A stretch of DNA of 62,851 nt, the filler included, from Basidiobolus meristosporus CBS 931.73 (Eukaryota > Fungi > Basidiobolomycota): the NCBI GenBank assembly GCA_002104905.1. It is 4 parts of 4 records of this genome, joined end to end, with 100 filler letters (N's around TTAATTAATTAA, not from the genome) between each part and the next. Parts side by side here need not be neighbours in the genome. Positions count along the whole stretch, not along the records: positions 1 to 20,509 come from MCFE01001005.1; 3 more parts are not named here. One strand, written 5' to 3'. The notes below the pieces were generated by a model. The model worked only from the letters and a program-made list of their open reading frames with translations, had not been told where the DNA came from and made no database searches. Position numbers and translations under genes: made by a program. This document shows positions 1 to 13,056 of this stretch, in pieces; position 1 is the first letter of the stretch, and every line of letters begins with the position of its first letter.

Positions 1-956
1 TGTGAATATTATTATGTGACCTGGCAAACTATTTATCACTATTAACCCATTGCACAAGCTATTCCTATTCCTTGCCAAGATGCCAAGACAAGATAGTTGC
101 CACATAAGGCAAGTACCCCCAACAGTGCCTATGTCATGCGACCACGCTGGTTTCATCACCCTCCTATCCTACTACCATATGAGGAAACTACATGACACTG
201 AGGTTTCATATTACCACTATCTGATTGGCTAGTTGCTACTATGTCTTATGGAACAATCTGCCAAGAATTTGCGCTATTTTTAGTACATAATAACATGATT
301 GGCTGTCTACTACCTTCTGTAAACTTCCAGAAAGTATTTTCTAGCAAGAATTTGAGCAGTGAAAAAGTATATAAGGGAGGCTACTCCTTAAACATAAATC
401 ATTCCTCTTCCAATATTCCAACTTATTGATTAGTGAGATCACCGCTACCTATTACCACTACTTTCCAACTCAGACCTGATAATACTCCCAGGAAACCATG
501 CTGACAGCCAACTGAACTTGGTGGCAATACTTGTGAGGAATACTCAGTGTAGGTATATTTTATTATATTTGATTGCTTTCCCAAGTTTGTTCTTGTACAG
601 GCAAAGATACTTTTCAGTCTTTGTAACTATTGGTCAAAGCTGCATTCTTATCAGGTCCCTGTTGGTGGAGTTAACAGTTGTTTTGACTTTGGAAGCTCTA
701 GTACACTGTCATCTCAAAGGACATTGAAGCCATTATAAACTTTTGTTAAGACGCCAACTAAGTTGGGGATTGTAGTTCATTAGTTTTCCCTTGACAAGCT
801 TGAGGCTTTAACCCCCTTCACATTAGATTAGACAAAAGACCCAGTATTCCTAGCAAGCTTTTGCCAGAGGTTATTGCACCCAGTGAACACCCCACACACA
901 CTCACACTTGAGAAGTGTTGGTTGTATTTTGCCCTTTGGACTTGTACACCACCACA
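1..956 (+). mobile_element. Large LTR, family G (partial, starts before the window); probable solo LTR
   Basis: Clearly homologous to 25809-26879 from about position 105 onward; ends CCACCACA; TATA-like AAAAGTATATAAGG near 362. Confidence 0.75.
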
Positions 957-984
957 GCGGAAGTAATCCTAAGTAATGAGCAGT

Positions 985-2140
985 ATATTGACTCTGGAGC
1001 TTGACAGCATATTCCTGGTAAAAAGGAGCGGTTCAGCAACTTAGTGACTATTCTCAAAAGAAAGGTCAATCTGGAAGACAACTCTGCACTGGAGGCTAGT
1101 ACAAGTTCATCTTTACAGCTAAATATAAGTGATGTCTCAGGGGCAACAGCAGAAAACTGACTGATGTACTCAATGTGCCTGGAATGGCTACAAACCTGCT
1201 CTCAGTCAGTAAAGCAACTACTCAGTGGCTAAAGTCTGTTTTTACTAAGCTGAGATGCCTAGTAATGAGTGTATATAAACAAAAATTAATATTGGGAATC
1301 CAAGATCACAACATATACAAACTACAATGCAAGATCATTGTACCTGAGTATGCCAACATAGCTGAAACTGATAAACTAACTGGGTGGCATGGCATAAGAG
1401 GCTAGGACACATTGGGGAACGGAAAATGAGCCAATTGGTGAGAAATAAACGTGTTTTGTGCCCATATTGCCTAATTTCAGTTGAATCAAGTATCTGCAAG
1501 GGATGTTCATATTACAAACAAGTTAGGCAATATTTCAGGAGCTTGAGAGGTACTAACACCACCAAAATACTAGCCTTTGCACACTTATTTTTTCCACAAG
1601 TAAGGCTTTTCTGTGACACAACTCTGCATTGGAATTTACCACCAATGGGTCCATACAGCCAAATATGAGTGATATTTCAGTGGCAACAACTGTAAACTTG
1701 ACTGATGTACTCTATGTGCCTGGAATAGCTAAGAACCTACTCTCAAACAGTAGAGCAACTCAATGACCAAAGTTTGTCTTTAATTAGCTGAGCTGTTTAG
1801 TATTGAGTGAAAATGAACAAAAACTAGCTTTGGGAATCAGAGATTACAGTAAATACAAGTTACAATGCAAGAACATTGTACCTGAGTATGTCAATATTGC
1901 ACAAACTGTTGAATCTATCTGGGTGATGTGGTATATGAGGCTAGGACACTTTGGGGAACTGAAAATAAGTCAATTGGTGAAACATCAGATCTCCAGCACC
2001 TCAGGATCTTGAGGAGTGATGTTTTGATCACATCCCTTACAAAAATGCTCAAGGTTGGTACCAAATAGTAAAAAAGTGATCTTTCTTGGGTATTGTAAGA
2101 ATACTAAAGGGTATAGAGTGTATGATGGCAAAAAATCAGA
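985..2140 (+). pseudogene. Degenerate Ty1/copia pol remnant (protease to GAG-pre-integrase and integrase C-terminal pieces), with an internal duplication
   Basis: YIDSGA-like motif near 985; WHKRLGH and MRLGH motifs; 1143-1480 is repeated at 1683-1985; CIFLGY-like motif near 2080; many stops and frameshifts. Confidence 0.7.
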
Positions 2141-2879
2141 AGCTGGTTAACCACAATACTAATGAAGAAGCTACTAACCTAATTCAGCTAGATACAGAAG
2201 ATAAGTCTACCAGCTCCAGATTGGAGCAGAAAATCCCAGTTAGAAGAACTACCAGAATATGAAATTTGGTCAGAACAAAAACTATTTCAAGAATAATTCT
2301 TAACAACAAAACTCTTTCACAAGTAGTTAACTGTTTTAGGATTTAAACTTTTTGTGTTGATAAAAAATGCTTTTTATATATCAAAAATCAAATATCAAAC
2401 ATTGAAATTTAAGCAACAAACACTAAATATTAAATATCAAAATTATTTTTATTGACTTGCAAAAAATATTTTTACAACCCACTTTACACGTATCCAAGGG
2501 AGTTATTGTCTATAAAAATAGTCAGAAACTCTTCTAGCTCTCTTATTGATACATGTTGAATACATTTGTAAGAAAAAAAAACAAAATTATGCTTGCACTT
2601 TTTTAATTCATTTTTTACTTGTTGCATTTCACTATATATATTGAGCCAGTCTTGTTTGCAATTTTCTAATTTTTGGTCCAATTTTTGTATATTTGCTTGG
2701 CTTAAATATGTACAATATCTTGCTGAGTTTGATATTTTAAAATTTTTATGTTGTTTTCTATTTGTTTAATTTATTTTAAAACTTGTTGTTCATAATGATT
2801 TATATGATGGATTTTAATGAGAGCCTAAATGGTTCAGATTCTGCGTGGTATATTGCTCAAATATAAGCCTGTTGGCAAA

Positions 2880-3160
2880 AAATATATTAATATGCCAAGT
2901 GATATTATTTGAAATGGATCAATTGTACATTTTTAAATAAATGGGCCCATCAAAATAAAACATGACAATATACAGCTTTGAATTAGGATCAACTTATTTG
3001 CTCCTTAACAATATCACAATGCCAATGATCAAGTTGCAAGTTTGGAATTTCAACCTATACAAATCCTTTCAAATACAAGAGAAATTTTAAAGAATTAGTA
3101 GGATACTACTGAGTGTCCACAACTCAAAGTATAAATTGCATGCTCTGGGAATTAGTAAAC
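2880..3160 (+). pseudogene. Possible CMC/EnSpm transposase remnant
   Basis: 22-nt exact match (3124-3145) to the reverse complement of 48874-48895, next to the transposase fragment; GP...YSFE and PY.L.KNIT-like pieces. Confidence 0.35.
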
Positions 3161-3262
3161 TTGCTGGTAATACCATATCCCAGTCTCATCAAGAATATTA
3201 CCTTCTACTCTCTCATAAATAGGATGAGCTAGTGTATGTAAGACTGCCAGCAAGAGTTGGAA

Positions 3263-3593
3263 TGCTATAATCAGCTGCTTGAATGGTTAATCTGGATTGG
3301 TTTTAGTCATATCAATTAGCTTATATTTAGCCAATCTATAAATCAGTATTATCTATCAAATCAGTATTATCAGTCAGCAGATCCTTATCCAATAGAAATA
3401 AGTATATTAAGCAACATCCAATTGGGTGATGATGATGCAATCAAATGAGCCATCAGCCAAAACTTACAGTAGGAAATACATCTAGTCAGCAACTGATCTG
3501 CCAAAAAGTATATAAAGATCAGTGCAATTTTAGTGAATACTATTATAGCTAAGCTCCCTATTCCCTTGAGACTCTCATATCAATATTTGTAAC
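3263..3593 (+). mobile_element. Diverged solo LTR of gypsy family A, opposite orientation to the adjacent intact element
   Basis: Aligns along its length to the reverse complement of 3597-3964 (TGCTATAA...TTTGTAAC versus TGTTATGA...CTTGTAACA). Confidence 0.85.
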
Positions 3594-3596
3594 TGG

Positions 3597-3964
3597 TGTT
3601 ACAAGTCTTGGTATAAGAGTTGTAGAGGAATAGGGAGTTTAGCTAGTATTGTATTCACTAAAACTTGAACTGATTTTTATTGAGGTTCCAGCAGCTCCTT
3701 ATATACATTTTGCCAGATCAATTGCTGACTAATTGTATTTCCTAATGTAGGTTGTGGCTGATGACTCATTTGATTGCATCATCATCACCCAATAAGATCC
3801 TACTTAATATATCTATTTCTGTCTGATAAGGATCTGCTGATTCATTTGCTGACTAATGCTACTGATTTCATAGATAATACTGATGTACTGATAACCTAAA
3901 CATATACTAACTGATTTGACTAAAAACTGATCTAACTTAAACATTCAAGCGGCAGATCATAACA
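3597..3964 (-). repeat. 3' LTR of gypsy A
   Basis: Direct repeat of 8167-8534; preceded on the minus strand by the PPT AGGGGAGAA (3965-3973). Confidence 0.97.
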
Positions 3965-3974
3965 TTCTCCCCTA

Positions 3975-6900
3975 CTAAAGTTGAGAGGGTTCTCCTGAAT
4001 CTCTTTTCTTGTGATACCAATATCTTGATGGTTCAGTATTATCAGCAAGTCTTGCAAGCTTGAGTCTGTCCCTATGCACTAAGTCTTCCCGGATATTGCC
4101 TTGTTTGTCCACCAGTTGGTAAGTTGCAAATGGACATTCTCTGATGATCTTGAATGGTCCTGTCCATTGTGGCTCAAACTTCTTCCGAGTGTTGTTTCTT
4201 AGCAATACAAAGTTCCCAACTGTCAATGCTTCTGGTGCTATAGTCTTATCAAATCTCTGCTTCATATTTTCTGCACTTTGAGATACTTTGGTCTGTGCCT
4301 CTTGACGTCTTTGTTCCAGTTGCTGGTGTCTACTTGGCTGACTGAGTTCATCTTCTAAAGTGTCTGTAAGCTTTGGTTGTGTGAGATCTCCTGGAATCCT
4401 TGGTTCACATCCATAAACTAAGTAAAATGGTGATTGCTGGGTGGTGTTGTGTACTCTGACTCTGCATGCAAAGAGTGCTTGGTCTATATACTCATCCCAT
4501 CTACTGACAACTCCATTTGCATACTTGGTCAGCATTTTTCCAAATAATCCATTAAACCGCTCAGTGACTCCATTAGTTCTGGGGTGATATGCCGAGGTTT
4601 TCAAGTGTCTGATCTGCTGCATTTCCAGGTAAGCCTCTAATGTCTTTGCCATAAAGTTTGCACCTCTATTGGATAAGATCTCCACAGGGCATCCAAACTT
4701 CATCAGGATCTCATGGTAAATGAAACTTGCAACTTCTTGTTCACTGGCTATTGGTACAGCTTTAGCAACTGGCCATTTAGTGGCATGGTCAATTGCTACT
4801 AGGATCCAACGGTTGCATTTCCTGGTAGTTGGCAGTCTTCCAATAAAGTCAATTCCCCATCTCTCAAATGGTCTTACAGGCTCCAAAGGGAAGAGTTCGG
4901 CAATTCTTTGTGGCTGGCCTTGATTGATTTGGCAGTTTGGGCATGTTTTTACTAGCTTCTCAATGTCTTGTTTCATTCTGGGCCACCATGCTCTGGCTTT
5001 TACAAGGCTATAGGTTCCTTCAATCCCAAGATGTCCATATCCATTGTGTAGCTTATGTATTAAATCCAGGCGAGCAACATAAGGACAATAGGCAATAGGG
5101 CTTCCATCAACAATTCGGTAGAGTGTTTCATTCTGTACAACAAATTTGCTGGCCTCATCACGGATTATCTTCTTGATATCTTCATCCACCTCATTAGGAA
5201 TGGCTTGGTCCTCCAAGTACTTTGGTAATAGGCTAGGCCAATCTGATTCATGCACCAAGTTGAGTTGTGCAACTTGATCTAATCTTGATAAGGCATCAGC
5301 AACCGTGTTGTTTTTTCCAGGACAGTAGACAATCTCCAGGTCAAATTGCTGAATGTATTCACTCCATCTTGTCATTCTTCTAGAGAGTACCTTCTGAGTA
5401 AATATATACTTGAGGGAGGCATGATCAGTCTTCACAGTGCATTTGACTCCTTCAATATAGCATCTCCATGTCTTCAAACAGTGTATTATAGCAAGCATCT
5501 CCTTCTCATGAACTGGATAGTTTTGTTCTGCTGAGTTCAGTTTCTTGGATTCAAAGGCAACAGGGTAGTCCTTTCCCTTGTGTTCTTGGCTCAGCACTCC
5601 ACCAATTGCATAATCTGAAGCATCTGTGCACAGAGTGAACTCTTTTCTGAAGTCTGGTATTCTTAAGCTTGGCAGCTTAGCAAGTTCATTCTTTAGTGTC
5701 TGGAAGGCAGTCTCACAAGCTATGTCCCACTTGTAGGTATTGTCTTTCTTGAGGATATCAGTTAAAGGGGCTGCAATACTTGCAAATGACTTGACAAATC
5801 TCCGATAATAGGAAACCATTCCAAGGAAGGATCTGAGTTCTGATATGCTATGGGGCTGCTTCAAATTCTTGATTACTTCCACCTTCTTGGGGTCTAAGGT
5901 TACTCCTGTGCTAGTCACTATGTGTCCCAGATATTCTACGTGTTCCTTGAAGAATTCACACTTGGCTAGCTTGCCGTATAGCTTGTTCTCTCTTAGTTTC
6001 TTCAAGACCTTTTCAATGTGCACCATGTGATCCTTTTCTGTCTTGCTGTATATCAATATGTCATCCAGGTAGATTATCACAAACTTGTCTAAGTACTCCT
6101 GAAAGACAGTCTGCATCAGCGTCATGAATGTTGCAGGGGCATTAGTGAGGCCAAAACTCATGACTAAGTACTTGTAATGTCCATATCTGGTCCTGAATGC
6201 TGTCTTAGGGATATCTTCTGGTTTCACCCTAATCTGGTTGTATCCTGACATGAGGTCAATCTTGCTGAAAATAGTGGCTCCATTAAGTTGGTCCAAAAGC
6301 TCATCAATCCGAGGTATGGGGTACTTATTCTTGACGGTAACTGAGTTCAGGGCTCTGTAGTCAATGCACATCCTAAGTGTTCCATCCTTCTTTTTCACAA
6401 AAAGCACTGGTGCTCCCCAAGGTGACTTGCTGGGCCTGATGTATCCTTGCTCCAATAGCTGATCAATTTGTTTCTTCATTTCCTCCAATTCCAATGGACT
6501 CATTCTGTAAGGTGTCTTGCTCACTGGAGGGCTATCTCCTGTGTCAATGGCATGATCCACGTCTCTGACTGGTGGTAGGCTTACAAGCTCATCTGGAAAC
6601 ACGTCTGAATATTTCTTCAAGAGAGTCTGGACCTGCTGGGGTGCTTGGATAGAGGAATCCTCCTGTAATACTGCCATGAGGAACATCTGGGTACCTTTTC
6701 TAAGTGCTCTACAGAACTGGGTCTTGCTAAGTTCACTTGTCTCACACACACTGGAATTGACCAAGTTGAAATCCAGCCTGGCAGGTAATAGCTCATAGGT
6801 CTTGTTATCTTTTTGGATCTGAGTAGCATGGGTTCTCCAGTTGATTGATGGATTACGACAAAATAGCCAGGTTTTCCCAAGTACAAGGTCAAACTTGCAG

Positions 6901-8108
6901 TTCCCAAATATATAAGCCTGTAGGTCTTCTTCATAGTCATTGATCTTCATTCTTACTGGCTGGGTAATACGGTTGATTATGTGGGAGTTCCCATCAGCTG
7001 TGGAGACTGAAGTTGATTTGGTAGGTTCCGAGTTGATTCCAGCTTTCAAAGCAAATTGCTCTGACATGTACTCATGCGATGCTCCTGAGTCAATCATGAT
7101 CTTGGCAGGTACTCCATTGATTGCTCCATTCAGGTACAATAACTTCCCTGAGTTTGAAGTCATTTGGGACAAGTACTCTTCTGTCATATGGAAGGTGAGT
7201 TCCAAGTCTTCTTCAAGCTCATCTTCCTCATTATTGTGTTCATGGGACTCAATATGGTTGAAGGTTCTTGTTGGCTGGTGTCCATTTCTTCTCTGAGGGC
7301 AGTACTTTGCAATATGTCCCTGCTGGTGGCAATTGAAGCAAAGTCCTCTCTTCTTGCATTCTTCTGAGGAGGGATTCTTCTGCATAGCGTCTATTTCCAT
7401 TGGTACTGCTTCTGATTGTCTTCTTTCATAATGATTATAGCCTTTCTGACTAGTCACTGTAGGCTTCCCAACTCCAAACATAGCTGAGTCATAGTCAATG
7501 GCAATCTTGATGGCTTCTTCAATAGTCTGAGGTCTTCGGTAATTGACTTCCTTGCGAGTTCTTTCTTTCAACCCATCAATAAAGTATTCAACTTGATCCA
7601 AGGGGTCCATTCTTTCAATTTGTCCAAGTAGACACCTGTACTCATAGATGCATTCTTGCACCATTCCTTTCTGTCTGAGTGTCTTTAACTTCCTTCTTAG
7701 TAGTGTCTGCTGGTGTGGAGGTTCAAAAGCATCCTGAATTTCCGACACAAACTCATCCCAGGTAGAGATTGTAGAGCATCCCATCATAGTAGCTGACCTG
7801 ATCTTGTTGTGGTACCACTGTAAAGCTGCATCTGCCAGGTAAGAAGCTGCATAATGCAACTTGCTCTCTGGAGCAATTCCTTTAGCTTTAAAAGCTTCTT
7901 CAATCTGAAAGAGCCAAGTTCCCAGGTTTTCATTGACTCTGCCATGGTACCGGTTGACCTTCACACTAAAGTTGCTCTTGACAGGGCTTTGCTGGCTCTG
8001 AGCGATGGTAGTCATTCCTTGTTGCTGTTGGCTGAGGATCTGGAGTAGCTGTTGCTGTTGGGCCAGGATTTGCTGCATGGCATTCTTCCATTCTTGATTG
8101 TCCAACAT
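3975..8108 (-). CDS. gag-pol: Gag-Pol polyprotein, 1377 aa (capsid, CCHC knuckle, protease, RT, RNase H, integrase)
   Basis: [14 protein letters not shown]; MIDSGAS; YLDD; TDASDYAIG; HHCC then D,N(35)E. Domain order PR-RT-RH-IN is the gypsy order. Confidence 0.97.
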   Translation of the reverse strand: MLDNQEWKNAMQQILAQQQQLLQILSQQQQGMTTIAQSQQSPVKSNFSVKVNRYHGRVNENLGTWLFQIEEAFKAKGIAPESKLHYAASYLADAALQWYHNKIRSATMMGCSTISTWDEFVSEIQDAFEPPHQQTLLRRKLKTLRQKGMVQECIYEYRCLLGQIERMDPLDQVEYFIDGLKERTRKEVNYRRPQTIEEAIKIAIDYDSAMFGVGKPTVTSQKGYNHYERRQSEAVPMEIDAMQKNPSSEECKKRGLCFNCHQQGHIAKYCPQRRNGHQPTRTFNHIESHEHNNEEDELEEDLELTFHMTEEYLSQMTSNSGKLLYLNGAINGVPAKIMIDSGASHEYMSEQFALKAGINSEPTKSTSVSTADGNSHIINRITQPVRMKINDYEEDLQAYIFGNCKFDLVLGKTWLFCRNPSINWRTHATQIQKDNKTYELLPARLDFNLVNSSVCETSELSKTQFCRALRKGTQMFLMAVLQEDSSIQAPQQVQTLLKKYSDVFPDELVSLPPVRDVDHAIDTGDSPPVSKTPYRMSPLELEEMKKQIDQLLEQGYIRPSKSPWGAPVLFVKKKDGTLRMCIDYRALNSVTVKNKYPIPRIDELLDQLNGATIFSKIDLMSGYNQIRVKPEDIPKTAFRTRYGHYKYLVMSFGLTNAPATFMTLMQTVFQEYLDKFVIIYLDDILIYSKTEKDHMVHIEKVLKKLRENKLYGKLAKCEFFKEHVEYLGHIVTSTGVTLDPKKVEVIKNLKQPHSISELRSFLGMVSYYRRFVKSFASIAAPLTDILKKDNTYKWDIACETAFQTLKNELAKLPSLRIPDFRKEFTLCTDASDYAIGGVLSQEHKGKDYPVAFESKKLNSAEQNYPVHEKEMLAIIHCLKTWRCYIEGVKCTVKTDHASLKYIFTQKVLSRRMTRWSEYIQQFDLEIVYCPGKNNTVADALSRLDQVAQLNLVHESDWPSLLPKYLEDQAIPNEVDEDIKKIIRDEASKFVVQNETLYRIVDGSPIAYCPYVARLDLIHKLHNGYGHLGIEGTYSLVKARAWWPRMKQDIEKLVKTCPNCQINQGQPQRIAELFPLEPVRPFERWGIDFIGRLPTTRKCNRWILVAIDHATKWPVAKAVPIASEQEVASFIYHEILMKFGCPVEILSNRGANFMAKTLEAYLEMQQIRHLKTSAYHPRTNGVTERFNGLFGKMLTKYANGVVSRWDEYIDQALFACRVRVHNTTQQSPFYLVYGCEPRIPGDLTQPKLTDTLEDELSQPSRHQQLEQRRQEAQTKVSQSAENMKQRFDKTIAPEALTVGNFVLLRNNTRKKFEPQWTGPFKIIRECPFATYQLVDKQGNIREDLVHRDRLKLARLADNTEPSRYWYHKKRDSGEPSQL

Positions 8109-8154
8109 CTTGAGGGTGGTTTCTTCTTTCTTCAGGAGGGAGGTTTCTGGTTAT

Positions 8155-8165
8155 CGCTGCTACCA
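8155..8165 (-). promoter_or_regulatory. Primer-binding site TGGTAGCAGCG, initiator-Met type
   Basis: Lies 1 nt inside the 5' LTR and starts TGG; resembles the complement of eukaryotic tRNAiMet 3' ends. The cognate tRNA is not in this window. Confidence 0.75.
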
Positions 8166-8166
8166 A

Positions 8167-8534
8167 TGTTACAAGTCTTGGTATAAGAGTTGTAGAGGAA
8201 TAGGGAGTTTAGCTAGTATTGTATTCACTAAAACTTGAACTGATTTTTATTGAGGTTCCAGCAGCTCCTTATATACATTTTGCCAGATCAATTGCTGACT
8301 AATTGTATTTCCTAATGTAGGTTGTGGCTGATGACTCATTTGATTGCATCATCATCACCCAATAAGATCCTACTTAATATATCTATTTCTGTCTGATAAG
8401 GATCTGCTGATTCATTTGCTGACTAATGCTACTGATTTCATAGATAATACTGATGTACTGATAACCTAAACATATACTAACTGATTTGACTAAAAACTGA
8501 TCTAACTTAAACATTCAAGCGGCAGATCATAACA
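8167..8534 (-). repeat. 5' LTR of gypsy A
   Basis: Identical by eye to 3597-3964. Confidence 0.97.
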
Positions 8535-10055
8535 CTGGAAAACACTCAGCTCAAACATATAAATGCAGCAACCTTAATTTTGAGATTTAGAAGCTAAGCA
8601 ACCTTAATGTTTAGATAACTGTTTCCAATATTTCAAGGCTTGGCTGGATACAACAAGCATCAGTTGTATTATCACAGCTTTACCAATGTACTCTGTGTTG
8701 CTCTTGGTTATAAACTGATTTCTATACTCTTCAGTAAGAGAATTCACAAGAACAAGAACCAGGGGCACCTATAGGGGACATGATACCAACTGGGTAAAGG
8801 AATATATTTGCCAAGTATCAATAATATCTTGAGATATTCAAGAGGCATTCATGACAATAGTAGTGGCAACCAAGCAATTCCTAAAACAATGTACATGTTG
8901 CTAGCAACACAAGGTATCTGGCTACTTTGTAAGTATCAAATAGAAATGCTGAAAAGCTGGGCCAATAGAAGTGTGTCAGTTACAGCAGGTATGCACATAT
9001 GCAGAGACTAGTAAGCAGCAAGCTATAGCTTTTTTTGACTTGCACCATACTTGGAATACCCAAGTTGGTAGTGGCTTAGCAATTTAAGCAATGTAATTCT
9101 GCAGTGAGATATGTGTATGGGGCAGAAAGGTTGACAAAGGATTTATCATTTAGTAGACTAATGAAATAGCACTATATAGAATTAGTCATAGGCCTCCACA
9201 TGGCCAAGATAATTCAAACAGAGGCCTGTATCAAGGCCATCAATTGACAGTCAGGCACTTTTTCATAAAAGGCATTTGAGTAAATTGGTTGATTAGGTAC
9301 ACTCAAATAGGTTTATACCACATAAAGATAATCCAGATGCCATGCAAGTCCTACCAAGGGACCATTAAGACACTGTGAAGTATTGAACCTAATCTGACAG
9401 AAAGATCAGCGAATATCATTATTGGCCTACCACAAGATTATGGACAAAGTCACTACATCTAAGCTGATGGCATTATAATGGGCTCAAAGTGGAATCCTGA
9501 TAGCAAATCTGGGTTGAATCTACCTGCAAGACCAAATTACTTTTCATATTGTGCACTCTATTGTTGGGAAAAGCAGATATATGTCAGAGACTATGCAGTG
9601 CTTCTCTGCTGATATGGCAGGAATTGGCTCAATCTTGCTTCATAGCATTGAGCTGTTTTAGTTCCATTTTTTGCAGCAGAGATTATGTATTCTCCATCTG
9701 CAATATTGATTGAGTTAGCTACATTATGCAATCATCTTGTATCTGGACTGTTTTTGATATCATTGGGTCATTATATCACTGCTTTTAGCACACCATCTAA
9801 TTGCCTCTTTGATGCTATGCTAGCACTGTATATTAAAGATGAAAATGGGTGGTGGAGATATAGTGACATTCACTATCATCTCTTCTGCCACATGCACTAT
9901 GTTTGCTACATTCTCATATTCCCAGTCATTGTAGTCAGCTACACATATATTTGGAGTTGCCTGCTAAGATGGGAACCTGAGAAGTCCACATCATGTACCT
10001 CATCAAGTGCCGTATCAGCACAGCTTCTTCCAAAGCCATCCTGGTTGTTGAGCAG

Positions 10056-10752
10056 TGTTGTGCATCAACATTTAAAACTTGGCCAATTTTACTCCGTTTG
10101 AAAATCTAGTACCCTAACTGATTTTCCCTAACCCAAACATAACAAATCCCAGTTACAGTTTATTTTATCCCACCTCAGAATCTATTTTTAGCTATCACAC
10201 CTGATCTATTTTCAAATGGCCATTATGTTATCAACCTATCTGCCAAGCCTTCCCAGGTGATTAGTCATCTGAGATCTATCCAACCATGGTGCAGTTGCCA
10301 AGACATCAGTTGATTGATGATGTAATTTTCATTTATCTTATGCACCTATGAACACCCAAATTTATCTCAATCAATCCAGTCCCTTGGTGCTTACTAATTC
10401 AACTTGATCAGAAAAGTATAAATAAAGTTTACTGAACCTTTTGGTTTAGTGTGTGTCTCAACAAAATTAAGATTCTGTCTCAGCAAAAATAAGAATCCAA
10501 CAATTCCGTTCTAGTTTCTATCCAAGCCTAGTATATCTAGCACTTCAAAGAACACCAAGCCTAGCCTGCCTAGCAAACAAATATCATTGTCTTTATAGCC
10601 AACCCAGCTATATCCAAGACCAATATTAGATCAGAATCTTTCTGCTAATATTTCCGCCACTCTCTGACAATTCTAAGATTCTGCACTTAATTGTCCCTTT
10701 GGTTCAGTTAAACCATTCAAGAGTTTTATTACACTTTCTCTTGGATACAACA
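10056..10752 (+). repeat. Putative 5' LTR of gypsy B
   Basis: TGTTGTGCATC...GATACAACA termini; AAAAGTATAAATAAA at 10412; lies directly upstream of gag. No partner LTR to confirm the boundaries. Confidence 0.35.
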
Positions 10753-10762
10753 TTTTTTTTCG

Positions 10763-12735
10763 TTGAATTCCATTACATTCAGCCAATTAGAAGATGTCCT
10801 CAGCAGCAAGCAATCCAAACCTTTCCATGTTGGAAGAGGCCAGAAAAATCGGGAAGAACTTACTGAACAGCTTGAGAACATCATGCTTGAAAGAAATACC
10901 ATGATGCTTGAGCACTCAAAGCTTGCCAAAACAAGATCGGATAATCACCGTAGAGATGAACTCCTTGAAGTTATATCCGGTTACCAAGATGAAATTGGAA
11001 TAATTAAGGAAGCACTGGAGAATATTGCCATAGTAATTGACAGCATTGAAAATCCGCCAAGCCTTGCTCTGCATCAGCCACCAAGAATTCATGCCTTTGA
11101 GTCCTCCAGATCTACATCTCCTTCTAGACCTGCCCCGGTGGTTGTCCCAAGATCCTTGCCTGTTTATGCTGAAGGCACCAATGCCATCAAGAATCCAACT
11201 GAGTTTCTTTACAAGTTCAGTCACGTCTTAGCTGCACACCAGTTAGACCCTGACACCAACTGGGCTAGACTCCTGCCTCTCTGTCTCACAATGCAAGATG
11301 CTGACTGGGTTGAAGTGAACATTCCTTCCAATAGTACGTGGAAAATTGCCCAAAACCTCTTTTGCAGCCATTTTGAAGATCCTCTCAAGAAAGCACATCT
11401 GAACTGCAACTTATGGAAAACTAAAATGCAAAAAGGTGAATCTGTGCAACACTCTGTGATAGATTCCAAAGACAAATGAGATTAGCTGGAGTTAGTGATG
11501 ATAATCCATTGCTTACTGCTCATTTTCTTTCAAACATTTCACACCAGCTACAGAGCAATATTGCTATTGTCAAAGCATGTAACCCTGCACGTACCTATGA
11601 CCAGATCTCAGAGATATGTACACTGGCAATCACCTTGACTGCAGCTGTTAGCCAGACTTCAGGCAACTCAACCCAATATCCCACAACAGCCGGAAAAGAG
11701 ACCAGTCATATGACCAAGAAGCAATCAACCGCTACCAAGCACTGTGAGCTTCATGGAAAATGCTATCATTCTACCAGTGAATGCAAAGGCATCACCAAGC
11801 AGTCAAACAAGTCAGGAAACACCGCAGAAAAGCAGCAAAACACCAAAACTGATAATCCATATGCTGATGACAAGTGCTTTAAATGTGGAAATATGGGACA
11901 TAGATCACCTGCCTGTCCTGAGAAGAACTCCACACCATCAGCCAAAATTACCCAGATCCTTGATGATCATTCAGCCAATGATACAATGAGGTATGAAGAA
12001 GCATATGAAGAACTTATAGTTCAAGATTATCACAACCTCTTTGAGTTTCCGGCTAAAATTGCAACTGTTCAAGAAAAGAAGCAACCAATCACACAGCTCA
12101 AAGCCATAGAAGTGCCACTCACCCTCAATGGCCAATCATATGTAGCACTACTGGATACTGGATCATCCAACTCTATTGTATCCCCCAATGTAGTCAGAGA
12201 ACTCAGTTTGGAGATAGAAAAACGTCCAGGAAAAATCATTCTTGCAGCTAAGGATCTCTCAGCCCCAAGAATAGGCATTACCAACCCAATCAACATACAT
12301 TGTGGCTCAGTAACAATAATACATCAGATGGAAGTGATTGACATACCAGATGGACCTCAGGTAGTGATTGGTCTGGACACCTTCAGCAAACTTGGCTTTC
12401 ACATAGGCGGACTACCAGTTTCCTATCCAGGAATCACTAAATCTCAGCCACTCATAATGGATCAAATCCCAGAAATTATCTCATCCCAACCAGAAGAAGA
12501 AGAATTAACCCCAACTTTTCAAGAATATTCTCAATCAGTCAAATTGGATATTCAGCCGGCCATAGAGAGAAATCAGGCCATTCCAAGGAACAGCTTCTGC
12601 ACCATCCCAGAATCCATTGTTACACTAGAGACCCCACCTGGTGAGTCAACATGGAGGAGGCAATACCCAATTCCGCATTCATGTCAACACTTAGTTGATG
12701 AGATAGTCCAAAAATGGGCTGACAATGGAATTATC
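10763..12735 (+). pseudogene. gag-pol: Gypsy B gag-protease and first residues of RT; frameshifted near 11455 and truncated by element C
   Basis: CFKCGNMGHRSPAC knuckle; LLDTGSS protease; RRQYPIP...WADNGII start of the RT region, after which the sequence switches to the element C LTR. Confidence 0.88.
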
Positions 12736-12738
12736 TTT

Positions 12739-13048
12739 TGTGTTGTATTATGATTAGTTTGGGGCTTGTTCTACAATGTAGAGGCTAATCAACAATATAC
12801 AACAACTTCCAGTATGCTAATACTGAAATAGTTTATTGGGAGTTTGATATACCGATAGAAGATATAACTTTCACTAATTTCCTCAATCTTGGGCTCAAAA
12901 TATACTGTAGGCAGTGTTTATCACTTCTACAGCAGTGTTCTGACCTTCTGTCAACTAATGGGCTTATTTACTTTTATAGTAACTTTTCCTTATTTGGAAG
13001 TCACTTTCCTTTCTGAGAAAATATTTCCTAATATGGCAATTCTGAACT
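12739..13048 (-). repeat. 3' LTR of gypsy C (copy L1)
   Basis: Near-identical direct repeat of 18992-19303. Confidence 0.88.
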
Positions 13049-13056
13049 CCCCTTTA

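Larger units (their letters stand above)
3597..8534 (-). mobile_element. Full-length Ty3/gypsy LTR retrotransposon A (4938 bp)
   Basis: Two 368-bp TG...CA LTRs identical by eye; 4-bp TSD CTGG (3593-3596 and 8535-8538); PBS; PPT; single gag-pol ORF. Confidence 0.97.

Noticed and set aside
2330-2800. AT-rich tract with AAATATCAAA repeats resembling 58500-59250
   Set aside because: The similarity is explainable by low complexity; no defined ends or convincing ORF.
8540-10050. Possible gene or TE remnant, including ORF 9685-10101
   Set aside because: No recognisable motif or paralogue in the window; left unassigned.
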